The notes under the pieces: generated by a model | The model's database searches: none | What the model saw: only the letters and a program-made list of their open reading frames with translations | Told to the model about the DNA's origin: nothing | In this document: piece after piece, positions 18,014 to 25,743 of the stretch | Numbering within the stretch: the stretch's first letter is position 1 | Layout of the letters: each line of letters begins with the position of its first letter | From: an uncultured Clostridia bacterium | GTDB lineage: Bacteria; Bacillota; Clostridia; Christensenellales; UBA1242 | Direction: 5' to 3' | Assembly (NCBI GenBank): GCA_944349805.1 | Contig: CALVNP010000004.1 | Location: 1-53,924, forward strand | Length of the DNA: 53,924 bases | Program-made: the position numbers and the translations under genes

Positions 18014-18931
18014 TTATTTTTTATTATTTTTTAATCTTAAATCAGAATTTTCAATATTAAATATTTTAGAAAAATTTTTACTGATAATTCTTGAAAAAAT
18101 TCTTTCGCCATATCTGTTTTGAATTTCTTGCAGGGTGAGATTTGTGGAAATAATAACAGATTTATGTTCAAATATTCTTTGATTTAAAATTAAATACAAG
18201 TATTCTTCTGTTACATTTTTAAAAATAGGTTCAGACCCTAAATCGTCTATTATTAACACATCACAATTTAAATAAGGGGAAATTATTTCTTCCTTTATTT
18301 TATCAAATGTTGTGTGATATTTTAACAGATTTTGAGACAAGGAAAATGCTGTGGTGTAAACAACATATTGTTTTTCCTTGATGAGCTCTGAAAGCATACA
18401 TTCAAGTAAGAAACTTTTTCCAACTCCACTTTTACCACTAATTACTATGTTTTTTATTGTTGTTGGTTGAACACACCAATTTTTCATTTTTTCATAAAAA
18501 TTTTTTATAAGTTCAGGATTGTCAAAAATTGAAAAATTGCAATCTTTAAAGGTGTGTGGAATAAAATTTAATCCACATTTTTTTAATAAATAAAAGGATT
18601 TTATTTTGTTTATGCAGGAACATTCTTTATTTTGATAAATACCCGTATCCTCACATAGTGGACAAGTGTATTTAGGAATTAGAGAATCAAAAGTTAAATT
18701 TAATTCATTTAATTTAGTTTTTAATTTATTTTTTAAATTTTCTAATTTTTTTTCATCAAATGTTTTGTTATACACTTGAGATTTTGCTTTTTCAATTTCT
18801 AAAGCTTTAAAGCTGGAATAAAGTTGTTTAAATTCTTCATCTTGTAATGCAGTTTTTAAATTTTTATCTGCAGTTTTTTCTGCAGTCTGTCTTCTTTTTA
18901 ACAGCGTCTCTTTTATGTATGTCTCTATCAT
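18014..18931 (-). CDS. DnaC/DnaI-like replicative helicase loader ATPase (IstB-like AAA+)
   Basis: 305 aa. Cys cluster CPLCEDTG..C.C, Walker A GKSGVGKS, Walker B VLIIDDLG. It overlaps the upstream DnaD-domain gene by 4 nt. Confidence 0.8.
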   Translation of the reverse strand: MIETYIKETLLKRRQTAEKTADKNLKTALQDEEFKQLYSSFKALEIEKAKSQVYNKTFDEKKLENLKNKLKTKLNELNLTFDSLIPKYTCPLCEDTGIYQNKECSCINKIKSFYLLKKCGLNFIPHTFKDCNFSIFDNPELIKNFYEKMKNWCVQPTTIKNIVISGKSGVGKSFLLECMLSELIKEKQYVVYTTAFSLSQNLLKYHTTFDKIKEEIISPYLNCDVLIIDDLGSEPIFKNVTEEYLYLILNQRIFEHKSVIISTNLTLQEIQNRYGERIFSRIISKNFSKIFNIENSDLRLKNNKK

Positions 18932-20376
18932 AATTCAACCTCCTCCAAGCTGTCAAAAAGTGCATCTAATTCTTCTTTTTTGTAACTCCTACCTTTATTC
19001 TGACTTATTTTTTGTTCTTCCGTATTTTTTTCCGTTATGGGTGTAAAGTTTTTTGCTTGTTCAACGGTTTTAATTTCCTTCGTGTGCCAATTTGAAAGCA
19101 ATTTGTTGATATATTGAAGAGGTTGAAATTTTCCTGATGACATTTCCGTTGCTAAATCAATAAGTTCTTTATCAAAATTCCAAGTTTGAGTCCAAATCTT
19201 ATAATACGTTCTATCTTGATTGGTTACCATTCTTGAAATTCCAAGTTTTTCTAAAATATCTTTAATTTCCTTATCAACATATACTAGTTCGTTTATATAT
19301 TCTGTAATAGATTCAATGCTTACTATTCCAAGTTTGTATAATTTTAAAATTGTATTGTTTAATCCTTCAAGAGTTCTTATGGAATTTTTAAAGCAATAGT
19401 CTGCAAGTGCTAAAAGAGAATCGGCGTTATGCCCTAAATTTAACCAATTAGAAATATAACTATCTACAATTGTTTCTAGATTTTCATAGTACAATCCCAT
19501 TTTTTTGTTAATTTCTTTTGCTAGATTGTACATTTCAGATTTTTGTATTTCATATTCTTCAATTTCTTTTATGGATAGCTTTTTCATTTCATAATATTTT
19601 AACAATTTTGAATCAAGTTTTTCAAAGTTAACCTTTGAAGATTTCAACAATTTTGCAACAAATTCAATAGCACGATAGTCAAATCCAAGCTCTTTTGTCC
19701 ACTTTATAAAAAGCTCTCGTTCTTCAATGCTCGCTAGCCTTTTTGCTCCACATATTTTTAAAAGTTTGTCTATGTCGCTTCCTGCCTGTTCATAATATAA
19801 CAATCTTTCTTCTACGCTCGATGTTGTCAAAATTCCTTCATTTGCCCAATTTTTAGCAACTGTTATAATATACTTGTATCCTACATTTACACCTTTAATT
19901 TGAGAGCAAAATTTAATTATCATTAAAAGAGCTTCTGGTTGAAAGTGTAATGTTTTTAAAAGATAATAATATTCATCATACTCTGTTGGTGTAATTTGTC
20001 TACCTTCCAAAATTTCTTGTACTTGTCTATTAAAGTTTTCAAATTCCTCTGGTTTATATTTTTTTGTGTTATTAATTACATTTTTAAGTGGCATAAATCT
20101 AATTTCTATTGGACAGGTGTTCAAAACTTGAACAAGCCCTTGCTCTTGCCAATATAAAAAGGCGTCTTCTATTTCTTCTGGTGATAAATTTAAAACCTTA
20201 GAAAAATTTTCTATTGTATTATCATAAGCGCTGGAATTTGAACATTTATATAATCCGTATAAATAAACTTTTACACATTCTGCAGGCGCATATGGTAAAA
20301 ACTCATTGATAAAGAGATTATCAACTTGCGTTTCCTTGTTTATTACATATTCAGAAGAAAATTTACAAAATGCCAT
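18928..20376 (-). CDS. DnaD/DnaB_2 domain replication initiation and membrane attachment-type protein
   Basis: 482 aa from the ATG at 20376 (SD GAGGT). It has repeated DnaD-like modules (IE.AF.YW...GL; I..TVAKNWANEGILT; LSNWHTKEIKTVEQAK). Operon with the loader gene. Confidence 0.7.
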   Translation of the reverse strand: MAFCKFSSEYVINKETQVDNLFINEFLPYAPAECVKVYLYGLYKCSNSSAYDNTIENFSKVLNLSPEEIEDAFLYWQEQGLVQVLNTCPIEIRFMPLKNVINNTKKYKPEEFENFNRQVQEILEGRQITPTEYDEYYYLLKTLHFQPEALLMIIKFCSQIKGVNVGYKYIITVAKNWANEGILTTSSVEERLLYYEQAGSDIDKLLKICGAKRLASIEERELFIKWTKELGFDYRAIEFVAKLLKSSKVNFEKLDSKLLKYYEMKKLSIKEIEEYEIQKSEMYNLAKEINKKMGLYYENLETIVDSYISNWLNLGHNADSLLALADYCFKNSIRTLEGLNNTILKLYKLGIVSIESITEYINELVYVDKEIKDILEKLGISRMVTNQDRTYYKIWTQTWNFDKELIDLATEMSSGKFQPLQYINKLLSNWHTKEIKTVEQAKNFTPITEKNTEEQKISQNKGRSYKKEELDALFDSLEEVEL

Positions 20377-20465
20377 TTGTACCTCGTTAAAACATTTTAG
20401 CATAGTTGAAAAAAAAGTCAAATCTAATTTGTCATTTTAATAATTTTATTCACATAGATTACACT

Positions 20466-21914
20466 ATGAAGAAATTTTTAATTTTTATGTTTCCCGTTAT
20501 CTTGTCCATATTTTTATTTGCTTGTGGGGTTGAGCAAGAAAAAAACACAAACTTTTATAATTTAAAACTTGCCTACGATAGTCAAAATAATACATTAAGT
20601 GGGGAAATGGTACTAGATTATTATAACTATACAGGAGAAGTTTTAAATGATGTTTGCTTTCATCTGTATCCAAATGCATTCAGAGAAAACTCTTCTCAAA
20701 GCATAATAAGTTTAGCAAATTATAATAGAGCTTATTATAATGGAAAAAGTTATGGAGATATTAAAATTTTAAGTGCAAATAAGGATTTTGAATTCGTTGG
20801 TGAAGATGAGAATATACTGAAATTAAAGCTTGAAGAACCTTTAAATGTTGAAGAACAAATAACTTTAAAAATTGAATTTGAATGTGTCTTGCCCGAAATA
20901 AATCACAGGTATGGTGTGGGAGAAAATACAATAAATTTTGGTAATGCATATCCTGTTTTGTGTGTGTATGAAAATGGAGAATGGGATATGAATGGGTATA
21001 ATTCAAATGGAGACCCTTTTTATTCCGAAATGTCAAACTATCAAGTTCAAATATTATTTAATGACATTTATAAAATTGCAAGCAGTGGAGAGTTGTGTAA
21101 CGAATACATTGAAGGAGAAAATAGGATTGTTGATATTAAAGCAGAAAATGTGAGAGATTTTGTTTTTGTTTTATCTGAAAAATTTCAAGTAATTGAACAA
21201 AAATATGAAGATATAACCGTGAAATATTATTATTATCAAGATGAAAAACCAGACGAAAGTTTAAACACAAGTGTTTTAGCTTTAAAAACTTTTACAGAAT
21301 TGTTTGGAGAATATCCCTATAAAAACTTATGCGTTGTTGAAGCAAGTTTTGTCCACGGGGGAATGGAATTTCCAAATCTTGTTTTCATTTCTGACAGCTT
21401 AAATTCTTATGAAACATATACAACGGTGATAATTCACGAAATTGCTCATCAGTGGTGGTATGGTGTTGTTGGAAATGACCAATATAACCACGCATTTTTA
21501 GATGAAGGACTTGCAGAGTTTAGTACGGCATTGTTTTATGAAAAAAACCCAAAATATAACATTTCAAGAAGTGAAATTACTTTAAGAAATCAAAGTAACT
21601 ATAATATTTTTCAAAAAGTCTATGTTGATGTTTTGGGAAGTATTGATACAAGTTTTATTCGTCCTTTAGACGAGTTTAACAATGAACAGGAATATGTATA
21701 TACAACTTATGTTAAAGCGTATTTAATGCACGATAGTTTATTTGAGCTTTTAGGTGAGAAAAAATATATAAAATGTTTGAAAGAATATTACGAAATGTGC
21801 AAAAATGACATTGCTACACCAGATGACTTAATTAAAGCTTTTGAAAAGGGAAGTGGGAAAAAATTAGAAAATTATTTTTATTCATGGTTTGAAGGAAATG
21901 TTGTTATAAGTTAA
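20466..21914 (+). CDS. M1-family (gluzincin) zinc metallopeptidase, lipoprotein
   Basis: 482 aa from the ATG at 20466. Lipobox LFAC-G. HEIAHQWWYG followed by LDEGLAEF (HEXXH-X18-E). Confidence 0.8.
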   Translation: MKKFLIFMFPVILSIFLFACGVEQEKNTNFYNLKLAYDSQNNTLSGEMVLDYYNYTGEVLNDVCFHLYPNAFRENSSQSIISLANYNRAYYNGKSYGDIKILSANKDFEFVGEDENILKLKLEEPLNVEEQITLKIEFECVLPEINHRYGVGENTINFGNAYPVLCVYENGEWDMNGYNSNGDPFYSEMSNYQVQILFNDIYKIASSGELCNEYIEGENRIVDIKAENVRDFVFVLSEKFQVIEQKYEDITVKYYYYQDEKPDESLNTSVLALKTFTELFGEYPYKNLCVVEASFVHGGMEFPNLVFISDSLNSYETYTTVIIHEIAHQWWYGVVGNDQYNHAFLDEGLAEFSTALFYEKNPKYNISRSEITLRNQSNYNIFQKVYVDVLGSIDTSFIRPLDEFNNEQEYVYTTYVKAYLMHDSLFELLGEKKYIKCLKEYYEMCKNDIATPDDLIKAFEKGSGKKLENYFYSWFEGNVVIS

Positions 21915-21942
21915 AAAAGGTCACAAATTTGTGACCTTTTTT
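21913..21942. terminator. Bidirectional intrinsic terminator
   Basis: Perfect palindrome AAAAAAGGTCACAAA/TTTGTGACCTTTTTT. Confidence 0.8.
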
Positions 21943-21952
21943 GTTAAAAATT

Positions 21953-22498
21953 TTATACAGCTGCGCTAATTGTAAATGTTGGGTTTACATCTAAATTTAT
22001 TGAACCGGAAACATCAGTAAGTTCAAGAGTCAATGTCCAAGCTGCTGTTCCATCAGGTTCTATAGATGATAAACTTGTGTTGTTTTCAGTTATAGTAACA
22101 CCATCTTGTGAAGTTGGAACATTAGAAGAAACAACCTTAATGTCGAATCCAGAGTTGTTTTGGAAGGTGATAGTGTATCTTATGAATTGTTTTCCTTCTT
22201 CAAAACTTACTTCTGCTGGAGTCCAAGCTGTCAAAGTGGCAGATGATGTTGATGTTGTTGAACCGTTAGTTACCCAATCATCGTGTTCTTCAACAAGTTC
22301 TTCTGCAGAACTAAAATCACCTGTTGTTGCTCTTTCAATTTTTCCCTTATAGCCAACGAATACAGATTCTGCATTAAAGGTTACGTTTGATGTAACATTC
22401 AAGCTTACACTTGCAGCTGCATATACGCCGATTGCCATAAGACTAATTGCAAGACACAATGAACCAATTGTTGCCAACAATTTGAATTTTTTCTTCAT
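21953..22498 (-). CDS. Secreted beta-sandwich-like protein of unknown function (cleavable signal peptide)
   Basis: 181 aa. MKKKFKLLATIGSLCLAISLMAIGVYA-AAS is a signal peptide. The mature part is T/S/V-rich with alternating beta-like patterns. SD AAAGGAG. Confidence 0.6.
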   Translation of the reverse strand: MKKKFKLLATIGSLCLAISLMAIGVYAAASVSLNVTSNVTFNAESVFVGYKGKIERATTGDFSSAEELVEEHDDWVTNGSTTSTSSATLTAWTPAEVSFEEGKQFIRYTITFQNNSGFDIKVVSSNVPTSQDGVTITENNTSLSSIEPDGTAAWTLTLELTDVSGSINLDVNPTFTISAAV

Positions 22499-22623
22499 AA
22501 CAATCTCCTTTTTTTAATTTAAGCAATAAGCTCAAAATTATATTGTTCAGAGATTATTCTTTTATTCAAAAAAACAAAAAATTTGTAAAAAATTGTAGTA
22601 ATTTGTCAAATTTTGAAATTTAA

Positions 22624-22932
22624 TTATGTATTTAATCCCAAATCTTTTAAAATGCTTTTAACTTCACTTTCCCCCTCTAAAAACAAGTCTGCTTCTTTTG
22701 GGTCTAAAAATCTTAAAAGCGTAAACAGCTCGCCAACGTGAACAATTTCTTCATCTCGTATTTGTGAAAGTGTTTTTTTTACGGCAATATTGTCTGTGGA
22801 CAGAACTTGCATATCATACAAAAAAATTGCTTCTAATTCACCAGCAATATCTTGCCTAATTGACTGTATCAATTCTTCTTTTGTTAATTTTTTTTTAATT
22901 TCCACAACATAAGGATCAGGAAAATTTGGCAT
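22624..22932 (-). CDS. Encapsulated-ferritin-like (EncFtn family) ferritin-like protein
   Basis: 102 aa. GELEAIFLYD..V and IRDEEIVHVGELFTLLRFLDP match the EncFtn pattern EELEA..WYD..V / RDEEKEH......L.RL.D, including the Glu/Glu/His metal ligands. SD GGGAGG is 6 nt upstream. Confidence 0.7.
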   Translation of the reverse strand: MPNFPDPYVVEIKKKLTKEELIQSIRQDIAGELEAIFLYDMQVLSTDNIAVKKTLSQIRDEEIVHVGELFTLLRFLDPKEADLFLEGESEVKSILKDLGLNT

Positions 22933-22966
22933 AAAAAACCTCCCGTATAATATATGACGGAAGGTT
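22933..22966 (-). terminator. Intrinsic terminator of the 847-aa gene. Its 3-prime arm contains the SD of the EncFtn-like gene.
   Basis: Minus strand: AACCTTCCGT (22966-22957), a 10-nt loop, ACGGGAGGTT (22946-22937), then TTTTTT running into the ATG (22932). 9 of 10 stem positions pair. Confidence 0.6.
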
Positions 22967-22974
22967 ATTTTTGT

Positions 22975-25518
22975 TTAATATGTTGAGTCTTGTTCTTTGT
23001 TTTGATTTTGGGATTGTGTAAATGCAGAAAATGCCGATTTGATTCTTTCAATTGAAGAAAGCATTTTTTTGTAAGGACCTTGACTTTCTGCCAAAACCCT
23101 TTTTTGTTCTGTAACAATTTCTTGTAATTTTTCTTTCAAAACTTTTTTGTTTTCCGCAATTTGTTGCCTTGTTTCTATTTGCTTTTCTTCTTCTATCTTT
23201 GTTTCTTCTTCTTGTAAAACTTCTTGTTCTAAAATTTCTCTGTTTGCAGTTTCTGTTTGCTCCCTTGCTTTTTGTCTTTTTTTATTATTTTCGTTATGAG
23301 CTTCTTCAGAATATGAAAAGTCACCATCATTTTTTATCAACTCGTTTTCTTGTAAATTTATGTCTACAATCAAGTCTTCAGCATTTTCTACAAGTTTCTT
23401 TATAGAATTCCCAACTTCTGGCAAATCTTTTTTTATTGTTGTTTTTAATGCTTCCTTTTCTTCTTGTAAAACCTGCTCAGCATTAAGAATTTGATTTCTT
23501 TGCTCTACAATTTGCCCTTTAATTTTTTCTGCTAAATCTCTGTCTTCTTGTGATTCACTTTGAGATAAAGTATTATATTGTTCTATTTGTTTTTTCAATT
23601 CTTTTTTCTTTGCAATTAACTCGTTTTCGCATTCTGATACAACTTCACTACACTTATGAATAGTAGAATTTGTTCTTTCACGCAAATCATCATTTTGCTC
23701 TTTTATTTGCCCAAAAAGTTCTTTTGTCTCGCTGTCAAATATTTCTTCTCCATTTTTATTAAGAAGATAATCATCAACGGTTTTTGTTTTTAAATTTTTT
23801 CCACTAGTTAATAAATCTTGTGTATTTTGCGCTTCTTGTTCGTTGTATGGCTGAACGGCTTGTTCCTGAACTTGTTCTTGTTCTTCAACTTGTTCTTTCG
23901 TTTTGTCTTTATTTCTGTTAACGGTGTTTTCTTGTGATTTTTGATTTACTCTTGGTCTATTCGTTTTTCTTTTTGCTTTGTTTTTTGAAAAATTAATTAT
24001 CGCTTCAACGATATCTACAACATCAGTTGAAACATAGCCTGAAAAGAATAAGAAAAACCCAACAGCGCATAGTGCGTAGGAAGCTGGTCCTAAGGACATC
24101 ATAACGAGTGCAAATCCGAGGAGCTTTGTTAGAGAACCTGTAATTTTAAGAGCTTGCTCTCTTGATTTATTGCTAGATTTTTTATTAGAAGAATCATTTT
24201 GCTTAGCTGGTTGAGATTGTGTGCTTGATTGTTCTGATTGAGAAGAAGGAACCTGCCCAGTTTCTTTATTATGTTTTCTGTCACCGTTATCTGGTTGTTG
24301 CTCTTCTTGTTTTGCTTCTTGTCTTGTTTGTACTTGTTCAGTCCCGTTATCTTCATTAAAAGTTTCTTGTTGACTTCCGTTAAATTCAGGTGGAATTGAT
24401 GGCCTAGGTTCTGAAGGTACGGGAGAATCAGATGTGTTATCATCTTCATTCTTTGGAGCAAAAGATGATGTTCTTGCAACGGTTGGTAATGGGGATGAGT
24501 GTGTTGTATGTGTTGGGTTTGTTGCAGGAATTGGTAGTGGAGATGGTTCTTGTTGTTCATCTTCGCTCTGTTCTTTTTGTGATACAAATGATTGCTTAAT
24601 CTGTTCTGTGGTAGTTTCTTGTTTATAGTCTTTTGTGGTTTGTTTGTAAACAACCAAGTTTTTAGGGTGAATTTTCAAATTTTTAAATTCAGTACTTGTT
24701 AAAATTTTGCCGTTGTGCCCTAAAAAAGCTTGTATTTGCGTTATTTCTTCTTTTGATAGATTTTTAACTCCAACGGCATCAACAAGGTTTCCTGTTGAAT
24801 TCATAGACATTCCAAAAACTGCTATGTAACCACTGTCACCTTCTGCAAAGAAGGTAGATAAGTTTGTTTTTTTACTATCTGCAATAGGCGTGAAAGTGTT
24901 TCCTCTAGCAATTAAAATTTCACCATTTATTTTTAACAATTTTATGTTTTTAACTTGAAGTGCGCTTGCGTTATAGGGGTCTGACAAAAGCTTTGGTGTT
25001 GATTGAATATAGTCAAACAATTGAATAGGTAAATTTTTTGTGTTGATTTGTGGTAAATTTTGATGTGCTTTTTCAAAATTTAAAATTGTAAAAATGTCTT
25101 GACTTAAAGTAACATCAAATAAATTTGTTGATAAAACAGAAATTTCTGTTGTATGTCTCGTTGAATCAGTTATGGTAAACCCATTTGCCTCGATGTTAAA
25201 AGTATAGTTAAAACCGTCTATTTCAAAAGAAAAGTTTTCTTTGCCGTCCATAATGACACTTTTGATAGGAAAGATAAAATTTCCATCAGAAGTTTTATAT
25301 TCAGTAACCCCTTTAATGCTAGAAATAGCAGATAAAGATGCAGAATTTGGTGGACATTCTACATACAAAACTTTATTTTCAATATCTACTTTAATATTGG
25401 GAGAATTTGGTTCTTTGCTTGAAATTGATATAACTTTACTCAAATTTTCATCAATTGAGATTTTTTGAGAGCCTAAAATTTTCCCATCTTTTTTTACAGG
25501 AATAAAAAAATTTGCCAT
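22975..25518 (-). CDS. 847-aa protein of unknown function: N-terminal globular domain, P/S/T/Q-rich disordered linker, central TM hairpin, and E/K/Q-rich coiled-coil C-terminus
   Basis: The ATG at 25518 is preferred (MANFFIPVKK). There is no N-terminal signal peptide. TM pair LLGFALVMMSLGPASYALCAVGFFLFFSGYV. The C-terminal ~330 aa are heptad-like and highly charged. Confidence 0.6.
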   Translation of the reverse strand: MANFFIPVKKDGKILGSQKISIDENLSKVISISSKEPNSPNIKVDIENKVLYVECPPNSASLSAISSIKGVTEYKTSDGNFIFPIKSVIMDGKENFSFEIDGFNYTFNIEANGFTITDSTRHTTEISVLSTNLFDVTLSQDIFTILNFEKAHQNLPQINTKNLPIQLFDYIQSTPKLLSDPYNASALQVKNIKLLKINGEILIARGNTFTPIADSKKTNLSTFFAEGDSGYIAVFGMSMNSTGNLVDAVGVKNLSKEEITQIQAFLGHNGKILTSTEFKNLKIHPKNLVVYKQTTKDYKQETTTEQIKQSFVSQKEQSEDEQQEPSPLPIPATNPTHTTHSSPLPTVARTSSFAPKNEDDNTSDSPVPSEPRPSIPPEFNGSQQETFNEDNGTEQVQTRQEAKQEEQQPDNGDRKHNKETGQVPSSQSEQSSTQSQPAKQNDSSNKKSSNKSREQALKITGSLTKLLGFALVMMSLGPASYALCAVGFFLFFSGYVSTDVVDIVEAIINFSKNKAKRKTNRPRVNQKSQENTVNRNKDKTKEQVEEQEQVQEQAVQPYNEQEAQNTQDLLTSGKNLKTKTVDDYLLNKNGEEIFDSETKELFGQIKEQNDDLRERTNSTIHKCSEVVSECENELIAKKKELKKQIEQYNTLSQSESQEDRDLAEKIKGQIVEQRNQILNAEQVLQEEKEALKTTIKKDLPEVGNSIKKLVENAEDLIVDINLQENELIKNDGDFSYSEEAHNENNKKRQKAREQTETANREILEQEVLQEEETKIEEEKQIETRQQIAENKKVLKEKLQEIVTEQKRVLAESQGPYKKMLSSIERIKSAFSAFTQSQNQNKEQDSTY

Positions 25519-25665
25519 TTGTAACCCTTTTATCATAAATATGGTATCACAAGAGCACACAAAAGTCAAGATGTTTTGAGTGTATGTATTACAAAAGTTT
25601 ATATAGTTATAACTATTTAAAAATTCCTATTATTTCTATATTAATAAAATAAAACGATTATTTGT

Positions 25666-25694
25666 TTGACTTAAAATATGTCAAATTATATAAT
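25666..25694 (+). promoter_or_regulatory. Putative strong sigma-A-type promoter of the giant gene
   Basis: TTGACT (25666-25671), a 17-nt spacer, TATAAT (25689-25694). A 6-bp inverted repeat TTTGAC/GTCAAA (25665-25670 / 25680-25685) overlaps the -35 and spacer. SD GGAG at 25733. Confidence 0.55.
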
Positions 25695-25743
25695 TAAAAT
25701 GTCGAATATTGCAAATAATGTAAATAAATCTTGGAGATATAAA

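Noticed and set aside
848-20421. N-terminal extensions of several track ORFs (848, 1287, 1730, 5946, 11774, 11831, 15949, 20406, 20421; likewise 25569, 25678, 46884, 48093, 50049, 50734 and 53291 further on)
   Set aside because: In each case an internal ATG is preceded by a clear AGGAG-type SD at proper spacing, and the protein family or signal peptide begins there. The upstream extension is T-rich promoter read-through or overlaps the neighbouring gene.
21953-22498. TasA/camelysin-like protein with a SipW-dependent signal peptide
   Set aside because: The signal peptide ends in GVYA-AAS rather than the GGT(W/Y)A(Y/F)F-type motif of SipW substrates, and there is no sipW nearby. I kept only the generic call of secreted protein.
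24129-24653. 174-aa same-strand alternate-frame ORF and a 64-aa antisense ORF inside the 847-aa gene
   Set aside because: Both fall in the compositionally biased P/S/T/Q linker region. Their translations are H/Q/L/N low complexity, and I see no start signals. They are a likely artefact of codon bias, although a true overlapping gene cannot be formally excluded without conservation analysis.
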